Assembly: GCF_009914755.1 (NCBI RefSeq)
Contig: NC_060930.1
Direction: 5' to 3' (one strand)
Length of the DNA stretch: 64,000 bases
Origin: the human T2T-CHM13v2.0 reference genome, Homo sapiens
Within the stretch, counting starts at the first letter, position 1. Every line of letters begins with the position of its first letter. Below the pieces are notes generated by a model, which saw only the letters and a list, made by a program, of their open reading frames with translations, was not told the DNA's origin and ran no database searches. The translations under genes were made by a program, and so were the position numbers. Positions 42,971-61,986 of the stretch are shown piece by piece.

Positions 42971-45834
42971 ATTCTGAATATTGAAAAAGATACTGATTTA
43001 AAAATTAGGTCAAAGGGGTTGAATCACTAGGTATCATGCAGAGACATAGCATTTTGAGTTTGAGTATAATTTAATAGAAAATTAAATTCTATCCACAAAA
43101 TTAATAGCATGTGTAAAGGCACTGAGATGGGAGGGAGCAAGTCTTGAACAGTGGACAATTGCCTAGGTTTTGCTTAGCTGGGACAGAAGTGTGAATAAGA
43201 TTGAAGGAATGGGTCTATTTTATGAAGGCTTTATATGGCTAACAGCTTGCATTTCATGTCTAAGAAAATGAATATCACAATTATAGCAGTAATAAGAGCA
43301 CTTCTTATACGCTAAGTTAACACTGAGCTAAAGAGCTTTCCAGGGATTATCAAATGTACTTTTCTGAGCTTCCAGCAGGGAACATGCTCCACCTGCTTTT
43401 TCCTGTGTAAAATTAATTGGCTCTTGGAGAAGGTGAAGGTAGTGAAAATAGGTTGTTGACATAGTCCAGGTATAAAATAGGCATGAATTAAAGACCATTC
43501 TGAAAAATGCACATTTGTAGACTTTATTAAACTGCTCCAAATGAAATCGCACAAGTACAAACTTGTGTAATTAGGAAGATGATGGTGCTGTTGACAGTAA
43601 TGAAGGAAAACAAGGAAATTCAGAAAATAATAGCAGTGCTTGACAGACTTTACAGCATTTCTTGGAGTGATATTCTGACAACAGAGGTACTGTGAAATGG
43701 AAAGTGAGGAGAGGTGTAGTAACAGTTTATGGTTTATCAGTATTTTGGAGGGTGCCTATGTTTTGTAGAGATTTTTTACAATAATTAAGCAATACCTTAT
43801 TTTGGTTCTTATTCTATTACGTGCTTCAGAATCTGCAAAAATATCTAGAGTTAATTCTCTCTTACAGAATTAACACCTCAGCAAAGTTATTTTGTTCTTT
43901 CATGATGAGCATTATTAATATTGTTGTTTTGTTACCATCTTAACCTTAAAACATGAGAGGGGATGGACATTGAAGGGTTGTAGGAGCTGGGGGAAGGTCT
44001 GCTGTAGGCTGTACCCCATTTTTCTCTGTAAAGTATCTTGATATCCTCAACATTAATTCTAGTTTACTTTGTCCATCAAGGGAGTTAACCCTTGTGCAAG
44101 GCTACTTTCTGTCACCATTCTTTCACAGATTTTGGAAACTGATGTGCACAGATACATGCATGGTCTGTGTCCAGGGTGAACCCTTTTTTAAAAAAGCATC
44201 TTTAAATAAAAGTACTCAGCTAAAGTGTTGGTGACTTCCTGTGTAATATTTTGATCTTATCTTTTAAATACATAGGCATGATTGAATTTGCATCTCAGTG
44301 AATTTTTTTGCATGTGTGCTTTTTCTTATGATTTTACTTTTGGAACAGTCTTAATAAAATGGGCAAAGAAAAACGTTAAAATTCCATGGGATTTTTTTTA
44401 ATGGGAAAAATTTGTTTCTACTGGCTGTGATTAAAATTTGTTTACAGATATTCAGTTAAATTGGAACACACTAGGAAGTATAGAAAAATGTTTGGCTAGT
44501 ATGTATAGTACGGCATTGTTATGTTAACTTATGTAAAAACCAGTCTTTATTTGAAAATCCAACTCTGTAGTAAGTTAATAGCATACTATTTATTTTTTAA
44601 ATGCTGAAAACGTTAAATTACTAATTTTTAAATATATTGGTTAGATTTTATTTTGCAAATAATGATTTGATTAACTTAATATGGGTTTAATTATGCTGTA
44701 AAAATTATTTTTGCTTATTTCACTTTATTTCTAGTAGTATGTTTTAGCATATGTAAAAGTTTAAGCAAAATCATTGTCATTAAATGAAGAATGATAGCTA
44801 CAAATAAAGATACTTTGAGAAAGGTACTTTCTGATGAAAATTTATGTTTCAAATAAGCTGGAAAGAAATACATGGTGGGATAGTTAACAGTTAGTTATTC
44901 CTCATCTTGCGTTTCACCTCTCTAATCATTCTGAATAGCAATGCATTCATTTTTATCATTATTCTCATGTCTTACCTTCTGCTGTATATAAAAAATAAGC
45001 CATGTTTTCTTTCTTCTTCCAAACTATTAATAAAAGCAAAACAGAATGTGGTCAATCTAGATAATTTAGATGTTCTTTAAGTGTACTATTCTGATATTTA
45101 CTCTTAGGCTGATTTTTTTTCCCCTGCCATCTAAAATGTTTGTTTCATTTCCCCCTACCCAATCAATGTATACACAGTGAAATCAAACATTTTAATGTTA
45201 GGAAAAACAAAACATTAGAAAGATATGTTTGAAAAAAGCAGATATATCCTAAAAGCAAAATTTAGTTGTTTGGGATTCTGTTTTACATTATCCACACAAC
45301 TACTTCTTTCTATAGATACTGTTAATACAATGATATATGACTAAACCAGAATATTAAACTATCAGTGATGTTCACAGGTTTCATCAAAATAAGGAAAACT
45401 TCCTTGATATATTTGTTTTCTGAACTATCATTTTGTCCCCTCATAACTAATAACCCTCAGGAATTATATCTCCCTTTGCCAAGAGAAAAAACCTGTCTTT
45501 AGTAGGTCCTATAAAGCATCCCTTAGGTGCTTAATAATAGAATTTGTGCACTAAAGCATACTGCTAATCCAGCAAGAATCCTGTCATCAGCCCTGCACAT
45601 CCTAAATTTGGGGACAGCCACATCTGTAATACTGTTTTTGGATGTGTAACCCAACCTGCAGTACCTCTGTAGTATTTCATCCCACTTCAGAGCATTTTTA
45701 CCTCTTAGGAATTATTTTCTAGGGAGGAATAGATTGTTGTCTTTTATGTTCTGTATATAGTTCCCCTTGTATATAGGTTCACCACGGCCATTTATTGAAT
45801 TAAAATCCCTGTTTTATAATGTCTGTGTCACCCA

Positions 45835-48111
<2,277 letters not shown>

Positions 48112-49133
48112 AAAAACCCACTCTTTTATAGATAACAACCAAAAATAAAAACTTCTGTATCAGAATCATGATCATTTTTGCCTTATATTTTAAACACTAT
48201 CAGTATTGAGTGGTGAACCACTTGGGGTATTTTGAGTTGAGCTTTGGTCCCTGTGCTTCATTCAAGGTCTAGGAAGAATAACATATGTATTTACATTATT
48301 ATAGTTTTTTTTTAAGTACAATTTCTAAGAAAGAAATCTATATAGCCGGAAAAGTTTTTTGAAAAAAGTTAATGAGAGAGGAGAGGTAGAATATGTCATG
48401 CAGGAGAATTAAGACTTGTGGTTTAAAAAAAAAAAAAAAAAGTTCAGAAAGATACTGATTAAGGGCCAATTCCAGGAGTCAGTCTGCCAGAGTTCTTCCT
48501 GGTTCTTCCTTTTATTCTCTGTGGCACCTTGAACACTAATTGCCTTATATGAACATGGATTCATGTGTATATCTACCTCATGGATGTATTGTGAAGATAC
48601 ATGAGATAATTCACATGAAAGGGCTTAGTATAGTGCCTGGCACAGAGTAATTTGTAAGTCAGTATCAACTGTGATTATTATCATCATCTTGAGTAATACG
48701 TGGACAATGTTTATTTGGCTACTATGCTTTGGAGACAGGATGATCCTTTGTAACTCAAGGGTATGTGCTTAAGTGTTTATTATTATGGCTGTTTGCCATT
48801 TGAAGCTTAAAGTAGAATCCCACCTACCTGCTAATGGCTCATTCCAAGTTATAAATGGTGCTTATGTTTTGTATTTTCTAAAATTAATATTTTCATATTG
48901 CTATGTGTACCAGAAATCACAGAATTTGAAATGAGAAAGAATCTGATTTTATAGCATTCAGAGACAATTTTTAATAACGTATATAATTTTGTGTATATTT
49001 ACTTGGTAAAAAAAGAAATCGTAAAGTTAAATCAGCTTCACTGTCACCTTGGCAGATCTATGGGCTTTTAAACCTCTTGTGTCTTAGGTTTTTATTCGTA
49101 TAGCTTTTCTGAGACCTAAAGTGAAAATATAAA

Positions 49134-49457
49134 TAGTCATATGCTGTATAACATTTCAATGATGGCCCACCTATGTAACAGTGGTCCCGTAAGGTTTTAA
49201 TACTGTATTTTACTGTACTTTTCTATTTTTAGGTACACAAATACTTACTGTTGTGTTACAGTTACCTACAGTATTCAATATATAACATGCTGTACAGGTT
49301 TGCAGCCTAGGAGCAATAGGTTATACCATATAGCCAGGATGTGTAGTAGGGTTTACCATTATGTCTGTTTAAGCATGTTCTATGAATGTTCACACAATAA
49401 CTAAATCACCCAACAACACATCTCAGAACATATTCCCATCAAGCAATGCATGACTAT
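49134..49457. mobile_element. Tigger3a-like DNA transposon
   Basis: agtcat...atgact inverted ends; cctaggagcaataggttataccatatagcc core. Confidence 0.75.
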
Positions 49458-49542
49458 AAATAAGTACATAAAGTATAATAAAACTTTTTCCAAATTTTTC
49501 TCCAGCTTGAGATTTGCAGCTAATTAATTTGAAAAGATTTGA

Positions 49543-49899
<357 letters not shown>

Positions 49900-50785
49900 T
49901 AGGATTTTTTAAATCTCCTTTCACAGGGCTGGAATGACTTCCTTCACATTTAGATAGTTATGTTTAATACAGATTAAACTGAGCCAGTTTTTTAAAAGTG
50001 TAACTGGAATGTACACATTTTTATAAATGTTCTTAGGCAATCTGTTTTTTAAAGCACTTAATAGCCATGTGAATGTATTCTGTATTTGAGGAGAGTAAGG
50101 TCAAGTGTGACTATACTAGTTAAGAAATAGAACTGTAGTTCTGCTTTTTATTTTTCTTCTACAAAGCTTTTCTCAGAAAAAACAAACGAAAATGGTTTAA
50201 CTATATTGTCGTTGATAGATTAGTTCATTTATTCAGATTATATTTGAGGCCCTACTGTTTATCAGCCACTATTATGGGACTGCCGATGCAGGTATGAACA
50301 ACTAAGATAAGGCTATTGACTTCATAGTATTTGCATCCCATTGAGAGATGATAGACAGGAAACAAGCAAATAAATAGGAAAATTTCAAAGTGTAACAAAT
50401 GCTAGTAAGGAAATAATGTGATGTTATAGGGTATGTGGTAAGAGTTTGGCCCCAGGCAGGCTACTTAGACTGATCAGAAAGAACTTTTGGTAGGGTTTGA
50501 TATTACTGGAGGACGGGAAGAAATCTGTCACATAGAGTTGACCAAAGAGATTTTAAATGTAGAGAATAGCAAGAACAAAATGCCTAGAATGCAAAAAAAA
50601 TTGGTGTATTTGAGTTTGGATATTATTCTAAGCTTTGTATTGGAATATTTGTATTTAGGGTATAGCTAAGATGTTGCTGTTTCTGCTGTATCAGAAGAGG
50701 TCTTATCCTTAGAGAATAATTAAGACTAGAAGGTGACCAGGACAAGCTTTGAGGAAAACCATTGATGGGTTTTTTGCGGTATTTT

Positions 50786-50840
50786 ATGTTATGTTATGTT
50801 ATGTTATGTTATGTTATGTTATGTTATGTTATGTTATGTT
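50786..50840. repeat. (ATGTT)11 microsatellite, the tail of a ~25-nt 5'-truncated antisense Alu (to 50869)
   Basis: Perfect pentamer run followed by gagacagagtctcgctctatcgcc. Confidence 0.9.
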
Positions 50841-51129
50841 ATTTTGAGACAGAGTCTCGCTCTATCGCCATTGACAGGTTTTAGGCAAAGGAATGACATA
50901 ATGTGTCTCTGGCTTCTCTGTGGAGGATGAATTATGCAGACTCTCAAGAATAGAAGCAGGAATCAGTGGTGTGCTGGAGTGGGCTATAACTGGTTAGAAT
51001 AATAGAAGAGGAAAAGTGGCAGGTATAGATTTAGGACACATCAGTTAACAGATGCTATTGGAGCTATAGGACTATAGGAGATAACCTAAAGGGAAAGAAG
51101 AGAGGAGGGTTCCTGATTGAACCTTGAAG

Positions 51130-51537
51130 TAAGGCTGACCCATGAATCGAAAATCCACGTATAATTTTTGACTCCCCAAAAACTTTACTAATAGCCTACT
51201 ATAGACTGGAAGCCTTACTGGTAACATAAATGGTTGATTAACACATTTGTAGGTTATATGTATAATATGCTGTATTCTTATAATGAAATAAGCTAGAGAA
51301 AAGAAAATAGTAAGAAAACCATAAGAGAAAATATATGTACTGTTCATTAAGTGGAAGTGGATCATCACAAAGATCTTCATGAACCTCATTGTCTTCACTG
51401 TGAGTGGGCAGAGGAAGAGGAGGAGAAAGAAGAGAGGTTGGTCTTGCTGTCTTGGGTAGGTAGTAGAAGTGGAAGAAAATCCACGAAGAAACGGACCCAT
51501 GCAACTCAAATTGCATGTTTTTCAAGACTCAGCTGTA
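51130..51537. mobile_element. Tigger2a-like DNA transposon within L2-like sequence
   Basis: gaaaatccacgtataatttttgactccccaaaaactt...ctaatagcctact core; ends cagctgta. Confidence 0.75.
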
Positions 51538-52780
51538 CCTCAGCATTTAAAATTGAATAGAAAAGAGAAGCCAACATAAACTGAAAAAAAGAGGCTAAGA
51601 GATAACAAACCTTGAGAGGGAAGAGTCCCGGAAGCCAAAAACAAGGTATTGAATACTGCTGAGTTGAATAAAATGAGGGGCTACAGAAGTGACCTTTGGC
51701 TTTGGTTAAAGCACATTATGGGTGATTTTTATACGGGTTTTTTTCCTGGAGGGACAGTCCCATAGGCATTTCACGGAGTCTGAAGAGTGAATAAAAGATA
51801 AGGAAAAAATAGCAAATATAGAGAAATCTTTCAGGTTTTGCTATGAGAGAATAAAGAAATGGGTTGGCAGCCAGAGAGCCTGTGGGGGTCAAGGAAAGGC
51901 TATGGGTTTTAATTTTAGTTTTAGTTTTAGTTTTAGTTTTAGACCATGAGAGATTCGGGGGGTAGACTTTAGGCTGTAGACAGGAAAAGAAACTGATAGT
52001 ATTGAAGGAGCCTGAGCTAATAGTCCTTGGGAAGGCAAGAGGAGACCAGATTCAGAACACAGCAAGAGGGAGGCCTTTACTGGGAGGAAGGTCCTTTGTC
52101 CTTCATAATGGAAAGAAAAGTAGAGAATATGGGTATAGGTGAAGATAGGTTACAGATTTGTTGGAGGGAAGGTAAGAATATTCTTTTTGCTTCCATTTTC
52201 TTAAGTTTGAAACTAGATCTTTAGCAATGATGGAGGGAAGACAGTATTAGGATTTTGAGAAGAGAAGGTATGAAATAGTTGTGTCAAGAACTTAAATTTA
52301 CTAAGGAAACAGTGGGTTAGGATAGTGTTGAGTACCTGTTTGAAGTTTGTGCTTCTCAATTTAAGTCAACCTGATTGTATGATTTTTTTCTCCAATGTTT
52401 AGTTGCTCATTTTCAGGCTGAAAACAAAAAAAAACATGTAGTTGAGTTTAACCAGGATTGGAGTTTTGTCAGATGAGTATAAAGAGGAAGATTCCACACT
52501 CTTTACCCCAAGGTAGGATGGGTATGAGAAGGAAAACAGCCTCCGTGAAAGTGAAGAGTAATGACTAGGAGTTAGGACTCTAAAGCCAAATTGCTTGTGT
52601 TTAAATCCCTACCTCTCCCATTTACTAGCTGTATTGCATATCATTTCTATCCTTCAGTTTCCTTACTTGTAAATGTGAGTAATAGTGCCTACTGCAAAGG
52701 ATCAACTGGGATTAAATTAATTAAAATACACGAAGCACTTGAATAGTTCCTGGTATTTAGTAAGTACACTGTAAGGTTAG

Positions 52781-53176
<396 letters not shown>

Positions 53177-53424
53177 AACCATTGATGGGTTTTAAGCAAA
53201 GGAATGGCATAATTAAGACTAGAAGGTGACAGGACATGCAGAGGAAAGGCTGATGATCTGTTGAGCACATATCTGAAGTTTCCTAGAGTGTATACCATTT
53301 GAAAGTTTGAGACAACAGTAAGGGCATGGGAGATTGGATCAGATTAGGGAAGTACAGAGCATCAGGTTTATAATGAGTGACAATAACCTATTTGTAAAAT
53401 ACCTAGTAAGTGTTGTCTTCCATC

Positions 53425-53724
53425 TTTTTTTTTTTTTTTTTTTTTTGAGATGGAGTCTCACTCTGTCCCCAGGCTGGAGTGCAGTGGCGCGATCTCAGCT
53501 CACTGCAACCTCCAACTCTGAGGTTCAAGCGATTCTCCTGCATCACCCTCCCCAGTAGCTGGGATTACAGGCATGCACCACCACACCCAGCTAATTTTTG
53601 TGTTTCTAGTAGAGACGGGTTTCACCATGTTGGCCAGGATGGCCTTGATCTCCTGACCTCGTGATCTGCCCGCCTCAACCTCCCAAAATGCTGGGATTAC
53701 AGGTGTGAGCCACCATGCCCGGCC
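53425..53724 (-). mobile_element. Alu (AluSc-like)
   Basis: Antisense dimer; TSD-like tccat.ttttt. Confidence 0.92.
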
Positions 53725-55938
53725 TTCATCCATATTTTTAACACTCAAGGGAAGTTTCCAGCTTTCAGGAGTGACTGGCTTTATGAATTGACTAAATAAA
53801 TGATTCCTGAAGATTATTTAGTGACAGTGCCAACATTGGAACCTAGAACTGTTGACCAAAATGAAATAGATTATTAATGGTTACATCTGTTAGATGGTAA
53901 CAATTACTGAATGGTAATTTTTCATTAGTTAGAAAAGTTTGGAAAGAGCATCTACTTATATAGCTTTTTTTCCGATGTTCTCTTTCAAAAACAACAGCAG
54001 GGTTTTTTGCCCCATTGCATGGTGCTTACAATAATTCATTAATTTATATTCTTGGGATGTGCTAGAAACACTTAGTCCCCAGATACATCTTTGGAATTGA
54101 GTAATAATGAATCTTTTCTCTTTTCAGCCCTCCCCCTGCCTTTTGTGGCAAAGGAAGGAGAGAAAGAGAAAATGCAGCTAGTGATAAGCAAACTAGCCAA
54201 AGTATCTTTGTGTTGTTATTCTGAAGTGAGGTCTACTCACTTTTTATCACCATTTAAACAGAACTTTTAAAAATTGAGATGGTATGATACAATATTTCAT
54301 TTCTTATTTAAATTTTAGCTTTTTATGCTATAAAGTGTAAAAACAAATCTGTACTACCTACTAATTTTTTCATAGGGCATAACTTGCCCAGAGAAATCTA
54401 CAGCTTTTATCTTTTTTCATAAACAGCTTTTTTGCTTTATTTTTATAATTGATATATGTTATATTTGTGAGACAAAACATGACACTAAATTATGTTTCAT
54501 GACAATTCAGGTCCAATTTATCTGAGTTGTAACTTTGAAAGTATTGCAACTAAATTGTCCAGTGGACTAAAGATCAAGTCAGAGAAACTACGATTAACAG
54601 CCCCTAGAAGAAAGATTACAAATGCAACTTTGATTTACTTGCATCACTTTAAACAAGCTAGAATTTTTATTTTTATTTTTTTAAGTTTCCTGGTTATATT
54701 AAATAAATAGTTTGTTATTGTATCTCCTGGAAAGTTGCAGGTTATTGAGAGGAGGGAGTTAATTTCAAACAAAACAGCTCATTTGACAGAGATGATGTAA
54801 ATGTTTGATATAACGTTTAAGATGATGGAAATGTTCTGTATCTTAACTGTAGTGAAGAATCTTGATTGTGGTGATGGTTTTATGGGTGCACGCACTAGTC
54901 AGAACTCATCAAATATGTGTATTAAATATATACAGTTTAACAAAGCCATAAAACATGTTTGGCAATAATACTACATTTTAACTAATATTCACAAGACAAT
55001 TCAAGATAGGTTAGTGAGTCCTCAGTTTTCCAGTTTGCTGCCAAGAAATTCAGAGCCACATCTGATGCTTAATTATAACTTACTACCCCTCTTAATTAAC
55101 ATACTTGCTTCCCAGTGTTGTTTTGATTTCGTAGGAAATAATGACGACAACTGTTTCTTGAGCATTTTCTATGTGCTGAGCACTCTGATAACTTTAGTAT
55201 GTTACTTATTTAATTTTGACAGCCATTCAAGTATAAGTGTTTTCATCTCATTTAATGGATAAGGAAAACTGGTTTGACAAAATTAAGCATGTTGCCCAAG
55301 GTCATACAGCTGCTAAGTAAGTATTAGAGCTAGGATTTAGATTTAGGTCATCTTGACTTTAACCCCTGTTCTTGGAGGCCCTACCGTCTACTGCCTGTCT
55401 TTTCATCGCCTGGGGTTTCTGTGAAACACTACTCTGTTATTAAGTATGTCTATTTATTTTGTGTTTATTCTGGAGAAGAGGCATGGTATAAAGTTTGATA
55501 CACTATGGGGATACGTTATATTTGCATTATGATCTAAGTCAGTGGTGTTTAAAGTGTGTTATTCACAAACTTTGTTAAGAGACATGGTGAAATAAGCACA
55601 GAGATAAAAGTAAACATTTAGAAACTTTTATAGCAATTTAATATTACTGCAACAACTAAAGCACATGATTTTATATTTTAGAAAAGTATTGGTCAGTGAT
55701 GGATTTGGTGGAAATACTGATCTTTCACTACAGATAGTTTGAGAAGTATTGACCTAAGCCATTATAAAACAAAATATGGGGGAAAATGACTGAGAACTGC
55801 AATTTGTATGTATATATTGGATGAAAGGCTTAAAATGGTGTATCTTTACACTTCTTTTCTGATATATAATGACAATTTTATTTGCATTAAAGTCATTGTG
55901 GAATTACAACTAAATTTTTAGTCCTAGGATTTGACTAT

Positions 55939-56297
55939 TGTATTAGTTTTCATGCTGCTGATAAAGACATACCTGAGACTGGGCAGTTTACAGAAGAAAG
56001 AAGTTTAATCGGACTTACAGTTCCATATGGCTGGGGAAGCCTCACAATCATGGGGAAGGCAAGGAGGAGCAAGTCACATCTTAATGGATGGCAGCAGGCA
56101 AAGGAAAAAAATTAAAAAAAAAAAAAAGCTTGTACAGGAAAACTCTCCCTTATAATACCATCAGATCTCACCCACCACCATGAGGATACCATGGGAAAGA
56201 CCTGCCCCCATGATCCAGTTACCTCCCACCAGGTCCCTCCCACAGCACATGGGAATTCAAGATGAGATTTGGGTGGGGACACAGCCAAACCATATCA
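55939..56297 (-). mobile_element. THE1B-like solo LTR
   Basis: tgtattagt...ggggacacagccaaaccatatca; 5-bp TSD actat/accat. Confidence 0.88.
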
Positions 56298-57552
56298 ACC
56301 ATCTTTTCACATGAAAAGTAATACTGCAGCTCTGCTGATGAAACTTCTGCAAAATGTCTCTTCTCATTTTTCAGCAATTTAAGATTTTGCTTTTAATATT
56401 TTGTTTTATATGTTTGATATAAACATATATCAAACAAACAAGCTATATGAAGTCTTTTTAATCATATTTAAATATTTAGGAATTTATTGCCTAAAAAAAA
56501 GTAAGAAAGTTCAAATTAATTACCTGACCAAACTTTTTAGCTGTAGATGCATACAAGAGTTATAAGCCTTACAGACATAGCTGGTCATTATTAATTGACT
56601 TTTTTATAGCAAATAAGATTATCTGAAGGATGTGTATGTTGAGATAATATTGCTTAAAAATTATTAGGCTGATAAATGACCCCTATTTTCATTAATAGAA
56701 ATTACTACTAAATTGCTTGGCAGGTTAATCTTCCTCATGCACTGAATATTATATGTCTTCAAAATGAATGCTATTTTATATCTTATTCTGGAAATCTTGC
56801 TAAGGAAGGAAAAAAAATGTTCCTGCTGATAAAATTTATGCGTGTGTTTTACTCTGTCTACCACATTCTTAAATTCATTGATTGGATTTTAGTTATTTTA
56901 TACGAATTTTATGTGCTTTCAGAAAATCCAGTCAAGTTGATATTTTCCCTGAGTTTAATTTGGTTTTGCTATCCTTCTGATTTCTGAGAAACAGAACTAG
57001 AAATGTTTTAGGTTGTGTTCACTCTAACCTTCATTCCATATATGTCACTGTTGGTATTTAACTGTTTTATTAGCTATCAGAGTTTATGGCCTTACTTGTT
57101 TTAGTGTGCTAGTCTTTTGTATCTGACATACATACAGGTATTGCTTTGTGTGTATGCTGTGTGTGTGTGTTTATGGTTAAATCTAGTATTTAAAAGTTTT
57201 AGAAACCATGGATTGATAATGAAATAGCTTGTATCATTTTTAATTTATTACCAGTCTTTAACTATTATGTTTAAACACTTTGATCATGAGTCCAACTGTA
57301 GCCTCACTATTGTAAGTTATGTGTTGTCCAGCATAGAGACATGTATAAAACATAGTTCCTGCTCTCAAAGAACTTTCCTGGTAGGAAAATTGCATAGCAA
57401 ATCCTTATATAAAACAAAAATTAATTTGATGTGCAAGGTTAAGATTATTTTGATTCACATATTTAAGTTCATATTTATTGTGAGTTCTTCAGAGTACTTC
57501 AAAATACTGCTTTATGTTTGATTTGCTGCTCTGAGTCCAAAGCATGAAGGGA

Positions 57553-58041
57553 CAGTAGTGTCCCTCCCCCCCCCCCCACCATATTCACCAGGGATATGTT
57601 TTAAGACCCCCCTAATGGATGCCTGAAACTGCAGATAGTACCAAACTCTAAATTCTGTTTTTTTTTCTATACATATATACCAGTGATAAAGTTTAATTTA
57701 CAAATTAGGCATAGTACTCTTTCTTGCACTTTACAGCTATTATTAAGTAAAATAAGGGCACAAGCACTGTGCTACCACAACAGTCAGTCTATAACCCACA
57801 CAGCTACTAAGTGATTAATGAGCAGTTATCATCTATAGCATGGATACACTGCACAAAGGGAGGGTTCACTTTGTTCTGCGAGAGATTTTGTCATGTTACT
57901 CAGAATGTTATGCAATTTAAAACTTACGAATTGTTTATTTCTGGAATTTTTCATGTAATATTTCCAGACTGTGGTTGGTTGAGGTTAACTGAAACCCCAC
58001 AGACAGTGAAAATGTGGATGGGGTGGGGAAGAAGTACTGTA
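57553..58041. mobile_element. MER44/Tigger7-like DNA transposon
   Basis: cagtag...tactg ends; ggatgcctgaaactgcagatagtacc and gcaatttaaaacttacgaattgtttatttctggaattt cores. Confidence 0.75.
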
Positions 58042-58616
58042 TGACTGTGTTTTCCTCCCCACATAAACTTTATATTATTTTAAGTCCCTTAGCATCAAAT
58101 ATCAAGTTTTAAAGAGAAAAATAAACTATCTTATTTTGTTCTCTACTCTCACTGTCCCAATTGGGAATGAAAGTATCATGAGGTCAGGGATGTTCTCTCT
58201 AGTCAGCACCCAAACATAGTGCTTGGCACATGGTATGCTGAAGCAAAATCATTTCATGTCAAATGAAATCACATTTAAGGTGACTACTCTCTCCAAAGAT
58301 AGGCTTTGGGACTTGTTTTCATTTTTGTGGATAAAATAATTGAAGTAGAGAATTGGGAAACTCGTATAGCCTCTCTTTGGCACAACCTTAACCAAGGAAA
58401 TTTTGATTTTATAAATCAATGGATTTGTAGCTTTTTTCAGTACAAACAGATTTTACTCATTGGCTATATTCTCTAGTGGTTTTTAACCTTTTTGTTAAAA
58501 AACTATTGTTTGAGAATATTATGAAAGAAGTAGACTCTCCCCAATAAAATGTAAGACATGTAAATTTCACATGTAATTTAAGGTGATTCATATATTTTGA
58601 GTATGCAGTTCACCTA

Positions 58617-60480
<1,864 letters not shown>

Positions 60481-60629
60481 CCTAAGGCCCACTCTTAGAC
60501 CTTCCTGTAGGTCCGTGCATCCAGCTCTAGAGAAAGGTACCAAGTTAGTTAGAAGTCAGTTAGGATACCAGAAAAATTAAAGGGGAGCCACATTGGTTTT
60601 TAAGTAGAACCTTAATTCAATTATTCCTA

Positions 60630-61110
60630 TTACCCTAGATTACGTATTGCTGTGTAACAAATGACCCCTGAACTCAGTGGCCTATAACAAAATCTTCTGT
60701 AGGTCTCGAATTTGAGAGACTTAGCTCATGTATTCCTGGCTTCGGGTAACTCATGAAGTTATAGTCAGGATGCCAGTTGGGGCCACAGTCAAATTAAGGC
60801 TTGGCTGAGGATGGAGGATCTGCTTCTAAGGTGGCTTACTCACATGGCTGTATAGAAAGCTTCAGCTCCTTGTCACGAGACCTGCCTTCTCCATAGGGCT
60901 CCTTGAAAGTGTCTTCATGATGTGGCAGCTAGCTCCCCCCAGAACTAATGATAAGAGAGTAAAGAGGAAACCAAAGTGCATTTATGACCTGTTGGCCGTT
61001 ACACATTGTCTCTTCTACCCTATTCTTTTCATGAGAAATGAGTCACAAAGTTGACCCTAAGGTGCTGGGGGATTGGGAACCACTTTTTCAAAGAAATAAC
61101 AAAGAATTTG
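60630..61110. mobile_element. MLT1 (MaLR) LTR
   Basis: tattgctgtgtaacaaatgacccc...ggatctgcttctaaggtggcttactcacatggctg. Confidence 0.7.
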
Positions 61111-61117
61111 TGGATTT

Positions 61118-61390
61118 GTTTTTTTGCTTTAATAGAGGCAGAGTCTTGCTCTATCACCCAGTCATATTTCATTGCAGCCTTGAACTCTTGGACTCAAGCT
61201 ATCCTCTCACTTCAGCCTCTTGAGTAGCTGGGACTACAGGTGCCACCATGCCTGGCTAATTTTTATTTTTTTTAGAGACAGGATCTCACTGTGTTGCCAA
61301 TGCTGGTCTTGAAACCTTGATCTTAGGCCATACTCCATCCTCAAGCCTCCCAAGTAGCTGGGATTACAGGTGTGAGCCACTGTACTCAGC
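61118..61390 (-). mobile_element. AluJ-like, diverged
   Basis: Antisense Alu with rearranged or diverged arms. Confidence 0.8.
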
Positions 61391-61739
61391 TGTGGGCATA
61401 CTTTAAACCACCACATGTTCTTGTCAGTTTTATTCAAAGTAAAGTCTAATTCCAAACAGCTAATGGGCCTTCATACTAGATGCCCACTTATTACTTAATA
61501 AAATGATCTCCGAATCATTTATTTGTTTTTCTTTCTTCCCCTGTGTTCTTGATTCTTCCAATCTAACCAGACTTAATGTATTTTAGGATCAAAACAAAGT
61601 AGAGGAGCATATATATATCAGAAATGTTACATAAACAAATATGACAGAGAAATAACATGATTCTAAATTGAAATAAGTATAAGAAAATTTTCTATGCTTT
61701 TACTTACTAAATTTTCACAGTCATTTTTCCAATTCCTAG

Positions 61740-61832
61740 GAAGGAACACACAAGTAGTTATCTTTCAGGCTGTCTTTGAATACTTCCATGACCCTGAACA
61801 CTAGCTGAGGAGAGTTTCAACCACTGCTAACA
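61740..61832 (+). other. DOP1A: DOP1A non-coding 5'UTR exon (93 nt; possible alternative acceptor at 61769)
   Basis: ttttccaattcctag| acceptor and ACA|GTAAGG donor, followed by a 101-nt intron to the ATG exon. Confidence 0.7.
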
Positions 61833-61986
61833 GTAAGGAACATTTTCAAGTTAGTCATTACCTTTGTAGTAAGATCATATGAACCCGTTTTAATACTTTG
61901 TAACCTTGGTTCCTCCTGCAAACTCTTTTGTAGGTAATGACTTTACATGAGTTTGGAACTGGTCTCTAGTGGGAAGTTGTGGGAGG

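Noticed and set aside
43312-43560. Two overlapping minus-strand ORFs in unique-looking sequence
   Set aside because: Short, no recognisable homology and no convincing donor or poly-A/TSD to suggest an exon or retrocopy.
56027-56222. PRDM9 hotspot motif and DUX4 site usually associated with THE1B
   Set aside because: Both are degenerate here: CTTCCCCAGCCAT instead of CCTCCCTAGCCAC, and TGATCCAGTTA instead of TGATTCAATTA.
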